Below, in pieces: positions 1 through 9,625 of a stretch of 64,000 nt of DNA. The notes beneath the pieces were generated by a model. That model was not told where the DNA came from. It ran no database searches and saw nothing but the letters and a program-made list of their open reading frames with translations. The DNA comes from a virus. Taxonomy: Duplodnaviria; Caudoviricetes. A program made the translations under genes and the position numbers. The stretch covers positions 1 through 64,000 of IMG/VR virus record IMGVR_UViG_3300031813_000669. One strand, written 5' to 3'. How positions within the stretch are numbered: position 1 is the stretch's first letter; the number at the start of each line of letters is the position of its first letter.

Positions 1-1
1 T

Positions 2-352
2 ATCTCACATAATGGTGTTATTCTTCAGAAATACTATAACACCCGTGAAGCAGTAGAGAATCTGCTTTCAAACGGTGATATTTCTTCACTACGTCCAAAG
101 GTATCGGATACTCCGGTATCATTTGAGAACCAAGAGTATACCACTTATTATGCTTATCGTGGTGAAGCATTAACCGAAGCTCGTGCTTATACTGATTTTG
201 ATGATTATGAAAAGAATCATCAATATAATGAATATGAATACCTTTTCACCAAAGATAATGTATGGTCAGTATGCTATAATGGTGATTGGCATGACCTTGA
301 ATTTATTATTAATGAAGAAAAGTATAAGGACCCTTACCAAGAGGCTGCATAA
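2..352 (+). CDS. 5'-truncated conserved phage hypothetical protein
   Basis: Open frame from the window edge (ISHNGVILQKYYNTREAVENLLSNGDISSL...) to TAA at 350-352; overlaps the next ATG (TAATG). Confidence 0.7.
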   Translation: MSHNGVILQKYYNTREAVENLLSNGDISSLRPKVSDTPVSFENQEYTTYYAYRGEALTEARAYTDFDDYEKNHQYNEYEYLFTKDNVWSVCYNGDWHDLEFIINEEKYKDPYQEAA

Positions 353-552
353 TGTTTGATAAAATCGCCAATACAGTATATTTGCTTACCGTGGTGTTTT
401 TATTTGCGGGAGCAATGATTCATAATGTGACAAGTGTGAATAGGAAGGTATCTGATATCCTTGGAACTATATTTACTTGGTTGTTTCTACTGTCTTTTGT
501 GTTAATTCCAACGCAAATTCTGGTTGCAATCTGGTCTAATTGAGGTCGTATA

Positions 553-750
553 ATGGAAATACTTGATGTAATGTGGTTTTGTGGCCGTAACAATGTTGGT
601 ATTGTACAGGTTAATGATGAATATGATGGTATCAAATACTATATTGCTTCGGTAGACGGTATTAATGAAGAAACCAACAAGCAATTTATTGCGGATTGGG
701 GATCAACCTTCCCGAAGGACGCCGGTGACCTACTGTTTCACCAGAGTTAG
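553..750 (+). CDS. hypothetical phage protein
   Basis: 65 aa ORF with GAGG RBS in a tightly packed + strand run. Confidence 0.6.
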   Translation: MEILDVMWFCGRNNVGIVQVNDEYDGIKYYIASVDGINEETNKQFIADWGSTFPKDAGDLLFHQS

Positions 751-800
751 CAGACTGTTTCCCTAGGAGAGCTTGCAATCCTCCACGGTTCTGATACAAT
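734..800 (+). promoter_or_regulatory. early-type promoter cassette: TGTTTC x2 (734, 756), -35 TTGCAA 773, extended -10 TGaTACAAT 795
   Basis: Same layout recurs at 3138, 7055 and 19129. Confidence 0.6.
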
Positions 801-836
801 CTTCCCATAGTTTAAGAAATCAAGAGGAAATTTAAA

Positions 837-1226
837 ATGTCAACAAGAAATCGTTTAGGAAATTGTCACAATATGTATCAGAATGAAAACCCTAGGACTC
901 TGGTATGTTGTTCTGCTGGGTTACTTCGTTCACCTACTTGCGCCTGGATCCTTTCCAATAATCCTTGGAATCATAATACCCGCGCTGCTGGTTTGAATGA
1001 TGAATATGCTCTGTTATTGGTTGACCAAGTATTGTTAGAATGGTGTTCTTCTGTAGTAGTAATGGATAATCGTCAGGAAACTATGGTTAAGAATATGATG
1101 CAGGAATATGGTTATGATAAACCTGTATACAATCTTAATGTTCCCGACAATTATGGTTATAGGGATCCAGAACTGGTTGAATTACTTACTGAAAAACTTC
1201 TTGAAGTATTTCCGGTAGAATCTTAA
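837..1226 (+). CDS. low-molecular-weight phosphatase-like protein (CX5R P-loop)
   Basis: LVCCSAGLLRSPT near the N-terminus matches the CX5R(S) loop of LMW-PTP/arsenate-reductase folds; 129 aa. Confidence 0.7.
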   Translation: MSTRNRLGNCHNMYQNENPRTLVCCSAGLLRSPTCAWILSNNPWNHNTRAAGLNDEYALLLVDQVLLEWCSSVVVMDNRQETMVKNMMQEYGYDKPVYNLNVPDNYGYRDPELVELLTEKLLEVFPVES

Positions 1227-1239
1227 TTTTAGGTGATTT

Positions 1240-1479
1240 ATGTCCTATAGACAAATAACTGATGATTTGAAAACTAAAACAGTATGGTTGGAAGATAATG
1301 GTGATGGAATGTCCATTACTAATGATGCCGAAAGGGTATTGGACAAGTATAAATCATTGGGTTATGATACTGTTATCTACCGCGATACTAATGGTGATTA
1401 TACCAAAATGTATTATGGTGAAGTTAATACTTGGATGGGTAAAGGTATTGGTGTAGTTTTTGAAGATTATTATGGTTAA
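1240..1479 (+). CDS. hypothetical phage protein
   Basis: 79 aa ORF with AGGTG RBS. Confidence 0.6.
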   Translation: MSYRQITDDLKTKTVWLEDNGDGMSITNDAERVLDKYKSLGYDTVIYRDTNGDYTKMYYGEVNTWMGKGIGVVFEDYYG

Positions 1480-1615
1480 TGATTTGTTTATTGTTATGTT
1501 TCTGGTATTCCTTTTTATTGCCTTTACTCGCCGGGATGATCCAGCAGAGGTGAATACCTTTTCAGTATTGTCTCTGGGTGCTTTTGTTATTTCTTTATTT
1601 GAATGGTGATATATT

Positions 1616-2032
1616 ATGATGAAATCAGGTGAATACTATATTGGTGATTTGGCGTATGTAATGCACGATGTATGGGATGAAGTATGTGAACTATTATATC
1701 CAGAAGATTCCGTAGGTCGTGGTTTAGAAGGTGAGTTTACACTAAAGGATGGCCGTAAGTTTGCACTATATTCTACCAATTATGGTGATGGTGTATATAA
1801 TACCGATTTTGGTTATTCTTGCTCTGTAGATTCTGGTAGTATTGGTTGTATTCTGAAGTCAGATATTCGGGATAAATCTTATACTACTGCACAGATTAGA
1901 GGCCTGGCAGTATTCCAGACCTTTAAAAAGGATTTCAATACTGGTTTTGAATTTGATGAATATACCGATGATGCTGGTTATCGGGTTGAAGAAAAGATTA
2001 TCCAGTTTGGTGGATTCCAGGTTTATACTTAA
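1616..2032 (+). CDS. conserved phage hypothetical protein
   Basis: YYIGDLAYV...T.YGDGVY...VDSGSIG pattern typical of small T4-like accessory ORFs. Confidence 0.6.
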   Translation: MMKSGEYYIGDLAYVMHDVWDEVCELLYPEDSVGRGLEGEFTLKDGRKFALYSTNYGDGVYNTDFGYSCSVDSGSIGCILKSDIRDKSYTTAQIRGLAVFQTFKKDFNTGFEFDEYTDDAGYRVEEKIIQFGGFQVYT

Positions 2033-2048
2033 TTAGGAGATAATGAAT

Positions 2049-2219
2049 ATGGCAAAGTTTGAAATTCAATGGGCAGAAACGGTATGGTATTCAACCGAAG
2101 TTGAAGCTGATTCTGCTGAAGAAGCAAAAGAATTATTTTATGAAGGCCAGTTTGCTGGTGCAGAACAAATTGATAATTATTTTGAAGAAATTAGAAGTGT
2201 GGAGGAAATAGTAAAATGA
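2049..2219 (+). CDS. small acidic DpnD/PcfM-like protein (below ORF-track cutoff)
   Basis: MAKFEIQWAETVWYSTEVEADSAEEAKELF..., AGGAG RBS; paralog at 7173-7337. Confidence 0.55.
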   Translation: MAKFEIQWAETVWYSTEVEADSAEEAKELFYEGQFAGAEQIDNYFEEIRSVEEIVK

Positions 2220-2415
2220 CAAATTATAAAGATTATAACGGAACTGAGTATGACTATTCAAAGGATGAAATCCTTGATAATGGTCGGTTGTATAATAAGA
2301 AATATGGTAATTTCAATCCGAATATAGATTTGGATGATGAAGATATTGAATTTGAACCGGAAATTTTTGATCCGGATTGCTGGTAATAATAAATACTATT
2401 ATTTACGGCACTATC

Positions 2416-2967
2416 ATGGAATCATTCAAGCTCTTTATTACTGAAAAAGTATTGTCTATCGGTATTAATCCAGAGCATGAAGATTTTCGTGAGAAACACC
2501 GTCAGGAAATACATGATATGCTCCATAATTCATACAGTACCATTGGAGGGTATGCTGGGTTAGAATCAGGTTCCAAAGAAGAATCCGAAGCAATTCATCA
2601 TGATATTACTAATGGATTAATCAAAGCAACCAAAAGAAAGGGTAAATTGACTGCCGTTTCAATATACAAGAAATCTCATGGCAGAAAACTAATTGCAGCT
2701 GGTTCTGATGGTACTAAACAAGGTTCTGCCGATTTCAAGAAAACTAATCTGGAAGATAATACTCAAAAAAGAGCATGGGCTGAAGTATCTGGAGCAGTAG
2801 AAAAGATATCCAGAAACCAAGGGCATCCAGAAGTATCATCAGACAGAGCAGAAAAACTATTATCAGGCAAAAAGGTAACAAAAGAAAAGGGTACCAATTA
2901 CTATACCCGTGATATTGGTGGAAAACCCCATAGAAAAATAATGCTCGGGCATCCTAAACAAGAATAA
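2416..2967 (+). CDS. hypothetical protein, candidate head-packaged internal protein
   Basis: Likely start ATG 2416 (MESFKLFITE...); late-promoter-like AATAAATA at 2388-2395. Confidence 0.5.
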   Translation: MESFKLFITEKVLSIGINPEHEDFREKHRQEIHDMLHNSYSTIGGYAGLESGSKEESEAIHHDITNGLIKATKRKGKLTAVSIYKKSHGRKLIAAGSDGTKQGSADFKKTNLEDNTQKRAWAEVSGAVEKISRNQGHPEVSSDRAEKLLSGKKVTKEKGTNYYTRDIGGKPHRKIMLGHPKQE

Positions 2968-2977
2968 TTCTCATTTC

Positions 2978-3206
2978 TGCTGGCGCACCTCCTTGTATCC
3001 TGGAGCACCCAGCAAGACAAATTGACTAGAATGTACCAGAACACACCTGGTGCACCATTCTGCTCTTATAAATCAATCACTTGCAGCACCGATTTTGTCT
3101 GATTTCCTGCCAGCACCCGTCACCCACCAGTCCCGATTGTTTCTCCTGGCGAAGCAGACTGCTTCACGCTTTTGGGCTAGACAGGATCGTTTTTTTGTGA
3201 GACAAT
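2978..3206 (+). promoter_or_regulatory. C-rich intergenic promoter cassette: stem-loop, AATCAATCACTT box (3071), TGTTTC/TGCTTC (3138, 3160), -35 TAGACA 3178, -10 GACAAT 3201
   Basis: Non-coding gap; motifs shared with the cassettes at ~0.75, 5.2, 7.1, 12.6 and 19.1 kb. Confidence 0.55.
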
Positions 3207-3249
3207 AACACCATAAATTGAGTCAACCATTGAATTTTGGAGTTATATT

Positions 3250-4135
3250 ATGAATACAAATAAACAGTTTTTCGTCACCCTTGAATACCATTGCGATTTT
3301 GAACCGCAATATGACTTTAATAAGGAAGTCGGTACAGCTTTTAAATCCTTTGATAAGGCAGTAGATTTTGCAGAAGCAGTTATGAAAAATACGCAAACCT
3401 ATCTCACAAAGGTAGTAAACTATTCTGTCTGCTATAAGTAATTGGAGATTATTATGACAAAGTTTGAAAAGAAAATCTTTGTTAATCAGTATATGGATAG
3501 GTTTATTGACCCCGTTAAACAATATCAAGATACACCGAATATGGTATTCAATGGTTGGATCCGGTGGTTGTTTGAAATGTGGGATAAAGGTTTGATTAGT
3601 ATCAAGGAATATCGTGCCTTGATTAGAATTGATTTGAATGATTATATTAAAGTTTAATTGGAGATTATATTATGAAAGTATTTAAGTCAAAATCATTGGG
3701 TTGGACTGCTGAAGATTCGGTTCGTTTTGGTGATAAACTGGAATTGACAGTAGCTACTTATAAGAGAGGTACTAATCTGATTACTACCGCTCGGGTAGAT
3801 AAGATTGAGAGTGGTTTCAGAAGTCATACCCTATTCCAAGATTTTACTTCCCGACTACTATTATTGCCTTGCAAAAGGGTTACTGAAAAGGCAGTAGCAG
3901 AACAACAATCATTCATCAGTATTAATGATGTATTGGTAGCCGCTAAACTACATTATGGAGTAGAATAATGAAAAAATGGGGCTCATTTATTGTTGATTTG
4001 GTTGGTTACTGGGCCATTGGATTCATTATGAGTAGACATTATGGTATTCACGGATGGGATATATTCTATCTAATGGCAACATTTATTATAATTCAAGGGA
4101 TTATGAATTTCATTAAGGAGGTGGTTGAATATTAG
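3250..4135 (+). other. cluster of four small hypothetical ORFs (3250-3441, 3442-3657, 3672-3968, 3968-4135)
   Basis: Abutting ORFs; the first three have GGAG(A)TTAT(A)TTATG-type starts; the last is a 55 aa hydrophobic ORF. Confidence 0.6.
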
Positions 4136-4733
4136 ACCCCTTCACATATCTATTATAATATGATTCTAATGGTTGGAGATTGGTATAATGATTGAGTTTT
4201 ATCAATTCTTCTTCCGTTTTGGCTGATGATGTTGGTATTATATGGTCAATATCCCAATATGTTCCTTGGTTACCCCAATTCATATTAGAATCAAATTGGT
4301 TTTCCAAATGTTCTTTTAGTGTGTTATAATCACAACCTAATATATCTTGTGTTTTTGTATTTTTATGGAATTTTTTCTTTTTAATACTATTTCTTATTAG
4401 TGTTCTTAAATTGTGTTTTAATTTATACAGGGGATCAATAGAAATTCTATTATTGTGATATTTTCTTTTATTCTCATTAATAGTTTTTCTATTATTTTTT
4501 GAGTATAACCTGCATTTTTCATTACAAATTTCTTTATTTTTATTATAATAATCCTTTTTTTGTTGTTTTATTCGGTCACCATTTAATTTATAGTTTTTAT
4601 GTGTATTATCTTTAACGCAGGATTTACACCAAGCATTTAATTTGTCTTTTGTTGTTTTAGATTTATAAAAATCAGTCGTTGATTTTTCAATACCACATTT
4701 TGAACAAGTTTTGATTTGAGCATATATACTCAT
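4113..4733 (-). CDS. HNH homing endonuclease
   Basis: N-terminal CxxC...CxxC zinc ribbon; C-terminal WDIDHIIP...LNHYTNLQPL HNH motif; lies antisense within a + strand gene run. Confidence 0.85.
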   Translation of the reverse strand: MSIYAQIKTCSKCGIEKSTTDFYKSKTTKDKLNAWCKSCVKDNTHKNYKLNGDRIKQQKKDYYNKNKEICNEKCRLYSKNNRKTINENKRKYHNNRISIDPLYKLKHNLRTLIRNSIKKKKFHKNTKTQDILGCDYNTLKEHLENQFDSNMNWGNQGTYWDIDHIIPTSSAKTEEELIKLNHYTNLQPLESYYNRYVKGSNIQPPP

Positions 4734-4789
4734 GCTGATACTCCTTAACAGTATTAGAGGGTATAGATGTTGGTAGCATCGTGATACCC
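4734..4789 (-). ncRNA. structured endonuclease-leader element, copy A
   Basis: Sense: GGGTAT-CAC-GATG-CTACCAA-CATC-T-ATACCC-TCTAATACT-GTTAA-GGAGTATCAGC-ATG; TATAAATA on the minus strand at 4808-4815. Confidence 0.75.
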
Positions 4790-4991
4790 ATTTTTTATTG
4801 GTATTACTATTTATATTATATAGGAGTTTTAATGTTTATTGTCACTTTTATTCTGTATCAGTTATTTGGTTTCATTATGATATCCGCTGGTATATCTCCC
4901 ATTGATAATACTGCCCATTTCCTATCGTTATTCGGTATTCTGTTTGTGGTTGATATTCTCTCTTATCGGAATGCTCTGAGAGGCAATTAAT

Positions 4992-5180
4992 ATGATATAT
5001 TCTAAGTCTATTCTTATTCTCGGTGATACTGATATTGAATATGTGGTATCAAAGGAATATAATGATGATGGGTTTCCGGTGATTAACATTATATCAGACG
5101 GAAAACAAGTATTATCCCTATCCCATGAGGACGCAAAGGACATGGCAAAAGCACTCTCCGAACTGGCCAACGGCTATTAG
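4992..5180 (+). CDS. hypothetical phage protein
   Basis: 62 aa ORF with GAGG RBS. Confidence 0.55.
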   Translation: MIYSKSILILGDTDIEYVVSKEYNDDGFPVINIISDGKQVLSLSHEDAKDMAKALSELANGY

Positions 5181-5181
5181 G

Positions 5182-5344
5182 AATCAATCATTTACCGCAC
5201 CAATTCCTTCCTCCTTGCATCCAACCAGGGTCCGTGAGCATAGACTCTCACGGACTCACGGACGGTTGTTCACTAAACCTGCCAGCATTGTTTCACAAAT
5301 GAGCTGTCCGGACTGGTTGACTTCCTCCGTCCTTCTGATACAAT
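5182..5344 (+). promoter_or_regulatory. promoter cassette: AATCAATCATTT box, 9-bp hairpin GTCCGTGAG/CTCACGGAC (5230-5255), TGTTTC 5289, -35 TTGACT 5317, extended -10 TACAAT 5339
   Basis: Direct reading; same spacing as the 12.6 kb cassette. Confidence 0.6.
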
Positions 5345-5396
5345 AGTTTACATGAAGTGAGAGAAGGGTTCTCCCACAATAATTGGAGATTATATT

Positions 5397-5606
5397 ATGA
5401 GTATTGAAATTGTTGATTTTGTTGATGGTTTGGAAAAGCTTAGTTTTGAGCGTGCGGTAGAAAGTGTCGGTGAAAAAAGTTATGCCTACGCTTACGGTTA
5501 CTTTAATTCAGTAATGGCTAATACCTTGCACAATCTTAATCTGACGAAAAAGCAGAAAAAGATTCTGGAACAACAATTAAAGAATTGGAGCGTTAAGTAT
5601 GTTTAA
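5397..5606 (+). CDS. hypothetical phage protein
   Basis: 69 aa; GGAGATTATATTATG start directly after the promoter. Confidence 0.65.
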   Translation: MSIEIVDFVDGLEKLSFERAVESVGEKSYAYAYGYFNSVMANTLHNLNLTKKQKKILEQQLKNWSVKYV

Positions 5607-5861
5607 TCGTTATAGTGTTGATGTAGTAATAGATAATCAGGGTATTGAAAAGGGTTATGCAATCTTTGACAAATACCAGCAAGATTATATCGGAGACATT
5701 TATGAAGATAAGTGGCTCGCTATTGATGATTGTGACATAATGAATGAGGGACATGAACTTGAATATCAATAACCCTGTTGCAAAATTTGCACACAAAGTA
5801 AATAAGGCAGTTACTTTTAAGAGTAAGAAACAATATACCAGAAAAAACAAGAGGAATAACC

Positions 5862-6182
5862 ATGAGTGAAGTATTTGATTTGGATGAAGATATTGAACAG
5901 ATTATTGATTACTTTGACTTTGAAAAGTGTCATAAGGTAATGGAATTGCTTGAATGGGAGTGGTGGAATACTAATGGAGTCCCGTCTATTGGTCAAATGC
6001 GTCATTATGCCCGTAGAATAATCAGGGATTGTGTTCGTGGTATGTTGGAACTACCGACTGTTACCAAAGAATACAACATGGAATGTGGTGGTTTTCATGT
6101 GAATACGTATCAGGAGTATCCGGGTCAGAGGATTTATATTACTCTCCGATTCTCTTTGACCAGTTGGAGTAACATTGATTAA
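5862..6182 (+). CDS. conserved phage hypothetical protein
   Basis: DFEKCHKVM..L.W.W...GVP...GGF.V pattern; similar to the C-terminal half of 13442-13912. Confidence 0.65.
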   Translation: MSEVFDLDEDIEQIIDYFDFEKCHKVMELLEWEWWNTNGVPSIGQMRHYARRIIRDCVRGMLELPTVTKEYNMECGGFHVNTYQEYPGQRIYITLRFSLTSWSNID

Positions 6183-6689
6183 TGTTAGGAATTAAATGGA
6201 CAATTGGAATATATTCAGAATATGGTACTGAATATCTATCCAAGAATTCCAAAGATACGGAGTATTATTTGAGTGAATACATAGGCGAAGATACTATTAT
6301 ATGGCATGAACCAAATAGTCTGTTCCCTTTAAAGGAAGGACTATCTTGGTTGCCAATAGTAATAAAAGTTAGTTAGTAGTAGAGTAGTAGAAGAAAGTAT
6401 ATGCGAGTAAGAAAAATTAATGGAACATACCACAAAGTCCAGAGAAATAAACTATATCCTATTACTACCTATCAAGCAAAGAAGCTTATCAAAGACGGTG
6501 CAGAAGAATTAAAAGAAATCAAAATGAAATAGTATTGGTGTCATATGTTGAGTAGAATGATTGCTTTAATTTGGATTGGTGGGTCAATAGTCAATCCAGC
6601 CGGCACCAAAGTATTACTCGGAAAGAGTGTGGATTTTATCCATGCTCTTTTTTTGGTTGTTGTTCATTATATGAATACCGTAAACTAAT

Positions 6690-7067
6690 ATGACAAAAGA
6701 CGAATTTGCTGAATTAGGATTCACCCACGAAGTATTGCCATCGGGTCATATAAACATTATTAACACGGTACCATTCCTGTATAATAACACAAAAACAATT
6801 TGCTGTTATGGTGGGAAATACAGCAGAACCACGACTCACAAAGACCTTGCATTAGTGCTTTCTAATTTGTTTGAACTCAAAACAATAGAGCGCGCCTCCT
6901 TGAATTCCAAGACAGTCAGCAAGGAAAACACCAAAGAAGCACGCCAGACACGCCAGGCAGTAGAATCACCTCAACAAAATCAACAAGTTACAGAACCAAT
7001 TTCCACCAAAAAACGGCGCCGAACCAAAAAGACCAAAGCGACACCAGAACAGATTGTTTCCGAATAA
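6690..7067 (+). CDS. hypothetical protein with basic C-terminal tail
   Basis: 125 aa ORF; tail KKRRRTKKTK. Confidence 0.5.
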   Translation: MTKDEFAELGFTHEVLPSGHINIINTVPFLYNNTKTICCYGGKYSRTTTHKDLALVLSNLFELKTIERASLNSKTVSKENTKEARQTRQAVESPQQNQQVTEPISTKKRRRTKKTKATPEQIVSE

Positions 7068-7155
7068 GAAACAGTCTGTTTCGCATTTAGGGGCTAGACA
7101 AATTCTGGGATTGTGATAGAATGTATCCATAGTTTGAGACAACGCATTGATTTTT
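7055..7155 (+). promoter_or_regulatory. promoter cassette: TGTTTC x2 (7055, 7077), -35 TAGACA 7095, extended -10 TAGAAT 7117, conserved leader
   Basis: Leader 7117-7155 matches 12696-12734 at 38 of 39 nt. Confidence 0.65.
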
Positions 7156-7172
7156 AATTTAGGAGTTATATT

Positions 7173-7337
7173 ATGAAAGAGTTTAAAGTTACTTTTAGTG
7201 AAACCGTATACTTTACCACCATTGTTCAGGCTGAAACCCTTGAAGAAGCCCGGCTTGAATTCATGGAAGGAAATTTCGGTGATATTGAAGAAATTGACCG
7301 AGAATTCGGTGATATTGATGATGTTGAGGAGGTTTAA
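7173..7337 (+). CDS. small acidic DpnD/PcfM-like protein
   Basis: MKEFKVTFSETVYFTTIVQAETLEEARLEF...; AGGAG RBS; paralog of 2049-2219. Confidence 0.55.
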   Translation: MKEFKVTFSETVYFTTIVQAETLEEARLEFMEGNFGDIEEIDREFGDIDDVEEV

Positions 7338-7545
7338 TTATGAAACTAACAATCGTCAATAAAATTGACGGTAGTATTAGAACATTCAATGATAGACCAT
7401 CATCCAAAAAAGATGCGGAAGAAATGATTTGGAAGAGTAGGAATATAGTAAATTCGGAAGAATGGGATTATATTCTTATCAGTAATAAATCTAAAAAATA
7501 TCAATTTAATGAAAATGATGGTTTTTGGGAATGGGAGATAATCTA

Positions 7546-7749
7546 ATGGAAATAACAGAATTAAAACCTATTTCTGAGGAATGGAAGGAAGATTGTATTC
7601 ATCATCATGGTAAGGTATTAACAGGTAAATATAAACATTGGTGTCCTGAGTTTGATTATTTGCCCATTGATGAAACTATTGATGAATTTGAGTATTGTTT
7701 ATGTGAATTTGATGAAATGATTGATAAAGTTATTAAAGGAGAAAAGTAA
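7546..7749 (+). CDS. small His/Cys-rich hypothetical protein
   Basis: DCIHHHGKVLTGKYKHWCPEFDYLPIDET..EF..CLC; paralog at 13246-13449. Confidence 0.65.
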   Translation: MEITELKPISEEWKEDCIHHHGKVLTGKYKHWCPEFDYLPIDETIDEFEYCLCEFDEMIDKVIKGEK

Positions 7750-8246
7750 TGGGTCTTGATATGTATTTTACTGCAAAACGGTATGTTTCTGAATATGGTG
7801 ATGCAGATAAGGAATTGAGCACCAAGGTAAAGGATATTGTTGCACCCTTTGTACCAGAATGGAGTGTGAAAGAGGTTAGTTATCGGGTAGGTTATTGGCG
7901 CAAGGCTAATGCAATCCATAATTGGTTTGTTCAGAATGTCCAAGAAGGTGAAGATGATTGTAAGGAATACTATGTCAGTTCAGAATCTATTCAGGAACTA
8001 TATGAGGTAGTATGTGAGGTACTGGAATCAGGTAGTGCTGAGGTAGCTCAAGATAAACTTCCTACACATGAAGGATTCTTCTTTGGCAATACTGTTATTG
8101 ATGATTGGTATTTTTCAGACTTGGAAGATACCAAGAGAATGTTGCAACCACTTATTGATGCTTATAATCAAGCAAAAGAATTGGGAACTAAGTCTTATAC
8201 TCATCCGATTTACCAGTATGAGTTTTATTATAAATCAAGTTGGTGA
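7749..8246 (+). CDS. conserved phage hypothetical protein
   Basis: MGLDMY...GYWRKANAIHNWFV...GFFFG family pattern common in phages. Confidence 0.7.
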   Translation: MGLDMYFTAKRYVSEYGDADKELSTKVKDIVAPFVPEWSVKEVSYRVGYWRKANAIHNWFVQNVQEGEDDCKEYYVSSESIQELYEVVCEVLESGSAEVAQDKLPTHEGFFFGNTVIDDWYFSDLEDTKRMLQPLIDAYNQAKELGTKSYTHPIYQYEFYYKSSW

Positions 8247-8249
8247 GTT

Positions 8250-8834
8250 ATGAAAACAAGTGATTATGGTATTATTATTCTGTTGAGTGTTGGTCTGTTG
8301 GCCAATTCTATTGCAGACATTAAGTTGGAAAAGAGAGTATCCAGGTTGGAGAAGCGAGGTGAGGTTGAGGTAACGCTTGAGAAGGTACCAGAGGTAACAC
8401 CGGTCCCGATCAATACATATAATGGTCCGAGGTTGTATAATAACAAGACTAGAATTGTATTGTTTGATAAAAAGGAATTTACTTGTTTAGCTGAAAATGT
8501 ATTTTACGAATCTGGACACCAATCTTATATTGGCAAGATCGCAGTATTACAGACGGTTTATAATCGAGCAGAGACAGGTAAATGGGGGTATAGTTTCTGT
8601 AATGTAATCCATGCGGATAAACAATTCTCTTGGACTCTGAAAGAACAAAAGAAACCAAGAGGTTCTGCCTGGGTGGCATCAAAGGATGCGGTAAGGGCAT
8701 TCCTAAACGGAGTGAGGGTACGAAACCTATCCTCGACTGACCATTATCATGCAAATTATGCGTCACCATATTGGAATGTTTCCATGAAGAAAACTGCCAT
8801 CATTGGTGACCATATTTTTTATGCTTCTAGGTAA
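8250..8834 (+). CDS. cell wall hydrolase, SleB/Hydrolase_2 family, with N-terminal membrane segment
   Basis: CLAENVFYES...GKIAV...VYNR...QFSW...TDHYHANY..PYW...IGDHIFY. Confidence 0.85.
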   Translation: MKTSDYGIIILLSVGLLANSIADIKLEKRVSRLEKRGEVEVTLEKVPEVTPVPINTYNGPRLYNNKTRIVLFDKKEFTCLAENVFYESGHQSYIGKIAVLQTVYNRAETGKWGYSFCNVIHADKQFSWTLKEQKKPRGSAWVASKDAVRAFLNGVRVRNLSSTDHYHANYASPYWNVSMKKTAIIGDHIFYASR

Positions 8835-9558
8835 CTATATGATCCGAAATCAATACCTTTTTCCATTTTGATTTCGGATCATCACATAGGGAACATATAC
8901 TGGTTTTTGATTTGTATCCATAGTGTTTAGCTGCAGCTGGGGCTGATCCAAATATATCACCATTTGGATCAATATAATAGTATTTGGATTTTCCTTTATT
9001 TGATGGTTCTTTTCCTTTTAACCTATCGGACATTTTTTTTCTTTGTTCGTCACTTAGATTTTTAGGTTTTCTTAATTTCTGTTTCCATTCTTCAGTAAAT
9101 AATTTACCTTTATTTGGTCCAGTATAATCGGTTAGTTTACGAGTAATCCAAGATTCTCTCAGTTTTTGTTTGGTGTTTTCAGAATGTTGTTTCCCTAATA
9201 ATGATTCTGATAATTTTTTACTATGTTCTGGGGTTCGCACTCTGCCTTTTAACCTTTGACTTATTTGTTTTCTTGTTTTTTCAGATATTATTGTACCGGA
9301 TGCACCTTCTCCACCATCAGTCATATTACGAAGTATACCAGTACTATTATCCTTTCGGCCGAACCAACGGATATAATATCTTTCTAATATGAATGATTGT
9401 AATTCTGTAAGGTTATCTTGAACTATTATTATTTTATTTTTATCTTTTGGTGGTTTAATTCTGTGATTTGATGAATACATTCGTTTGTTTTTACCTTTAC
9501 CAACATAATAAGGTGTAAAATCTTCTCTGAGATAAAAATATACGTAATAAATATTCAT
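8827..9558 (-). CDS. GIY-YIG homing endonuclease with NUMOD3-like repeats
   Basis: YYVYFYLR...PYYVGKGK..R...ERYYIRWFGRKD...ILRNMTDGGEG, followed by HSENTKQKL-type repeats. Confidence 0.9.
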   Translation of the reverse strand: MNIYYVYFYLREDFTPYYVGKGKNKRMYSSNHRIKPPKDKNKIIIVQDNLTELQSFILERYYIRWFGRKDNSTGILRNMTDGGEGASGTIISEKTRKQISQRLKGRVRTPEHSKKLSESLLGKQHSENTKQKLRESWITRKLTDYTGPNKGKLFTEEWKQKLRKPKNLSDEQRKKMSDRLKGKEPSNKGKSKYYYIDPNGDIFGSAPAAAKHYGYKSKTSICSLCDDPKSKWKKVLISDHIVT

Positions 9559-9559
9559 T

Positions 9560-9614
9560 GCTGATACTCCTGTTTAGTATTAGAGCCATTAAGTCTGCCA
9601 GGACTGTGAATGGC
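9560..9614 (-). ncRNA. structured endonuclease-leader element, copy B
   Basis: Sense: GCCATT-CAC-AGTC-CTGGCA-GACT-T-AATGGC-TCTAATACT-AAACA-GGAGTATCAGC-A-ATG; TATAAATA on the minus strand at 9659-9666. Confidence 0.75.
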
Positions 9615-9625
9615 ATTTTTTGTGC

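Noticed and set aside
3124-3131. CCACCAGT / CCTGCCAGC as Chi-like sites
   Set aside because: Not exact matches to E. coli Chi (GCTGGTGG), and the host Chi sequence is unknown; treated only as part of the promoter cassette.
4734-4789. Endonuclease leader as an HDV-like/theta ribozyme, group I intron piece or IS200/IS605 end
   Set aside because: I could not find the nested double pseudoknot, the group I P7 core, a TnpA gene or a matching right end; none of the four ORFs interrupts a recognisable host gene. Not formally excluded without covariance-model searches.
5125-5346. 73-aa ORF across the 5.2 kb spacer (and the upstream extensions of ORFs 12659, 24862 and 33807)
   Set aside because: They overlap promoter or RNA elements and have atypical composition; better starts with RBS lie downstream.
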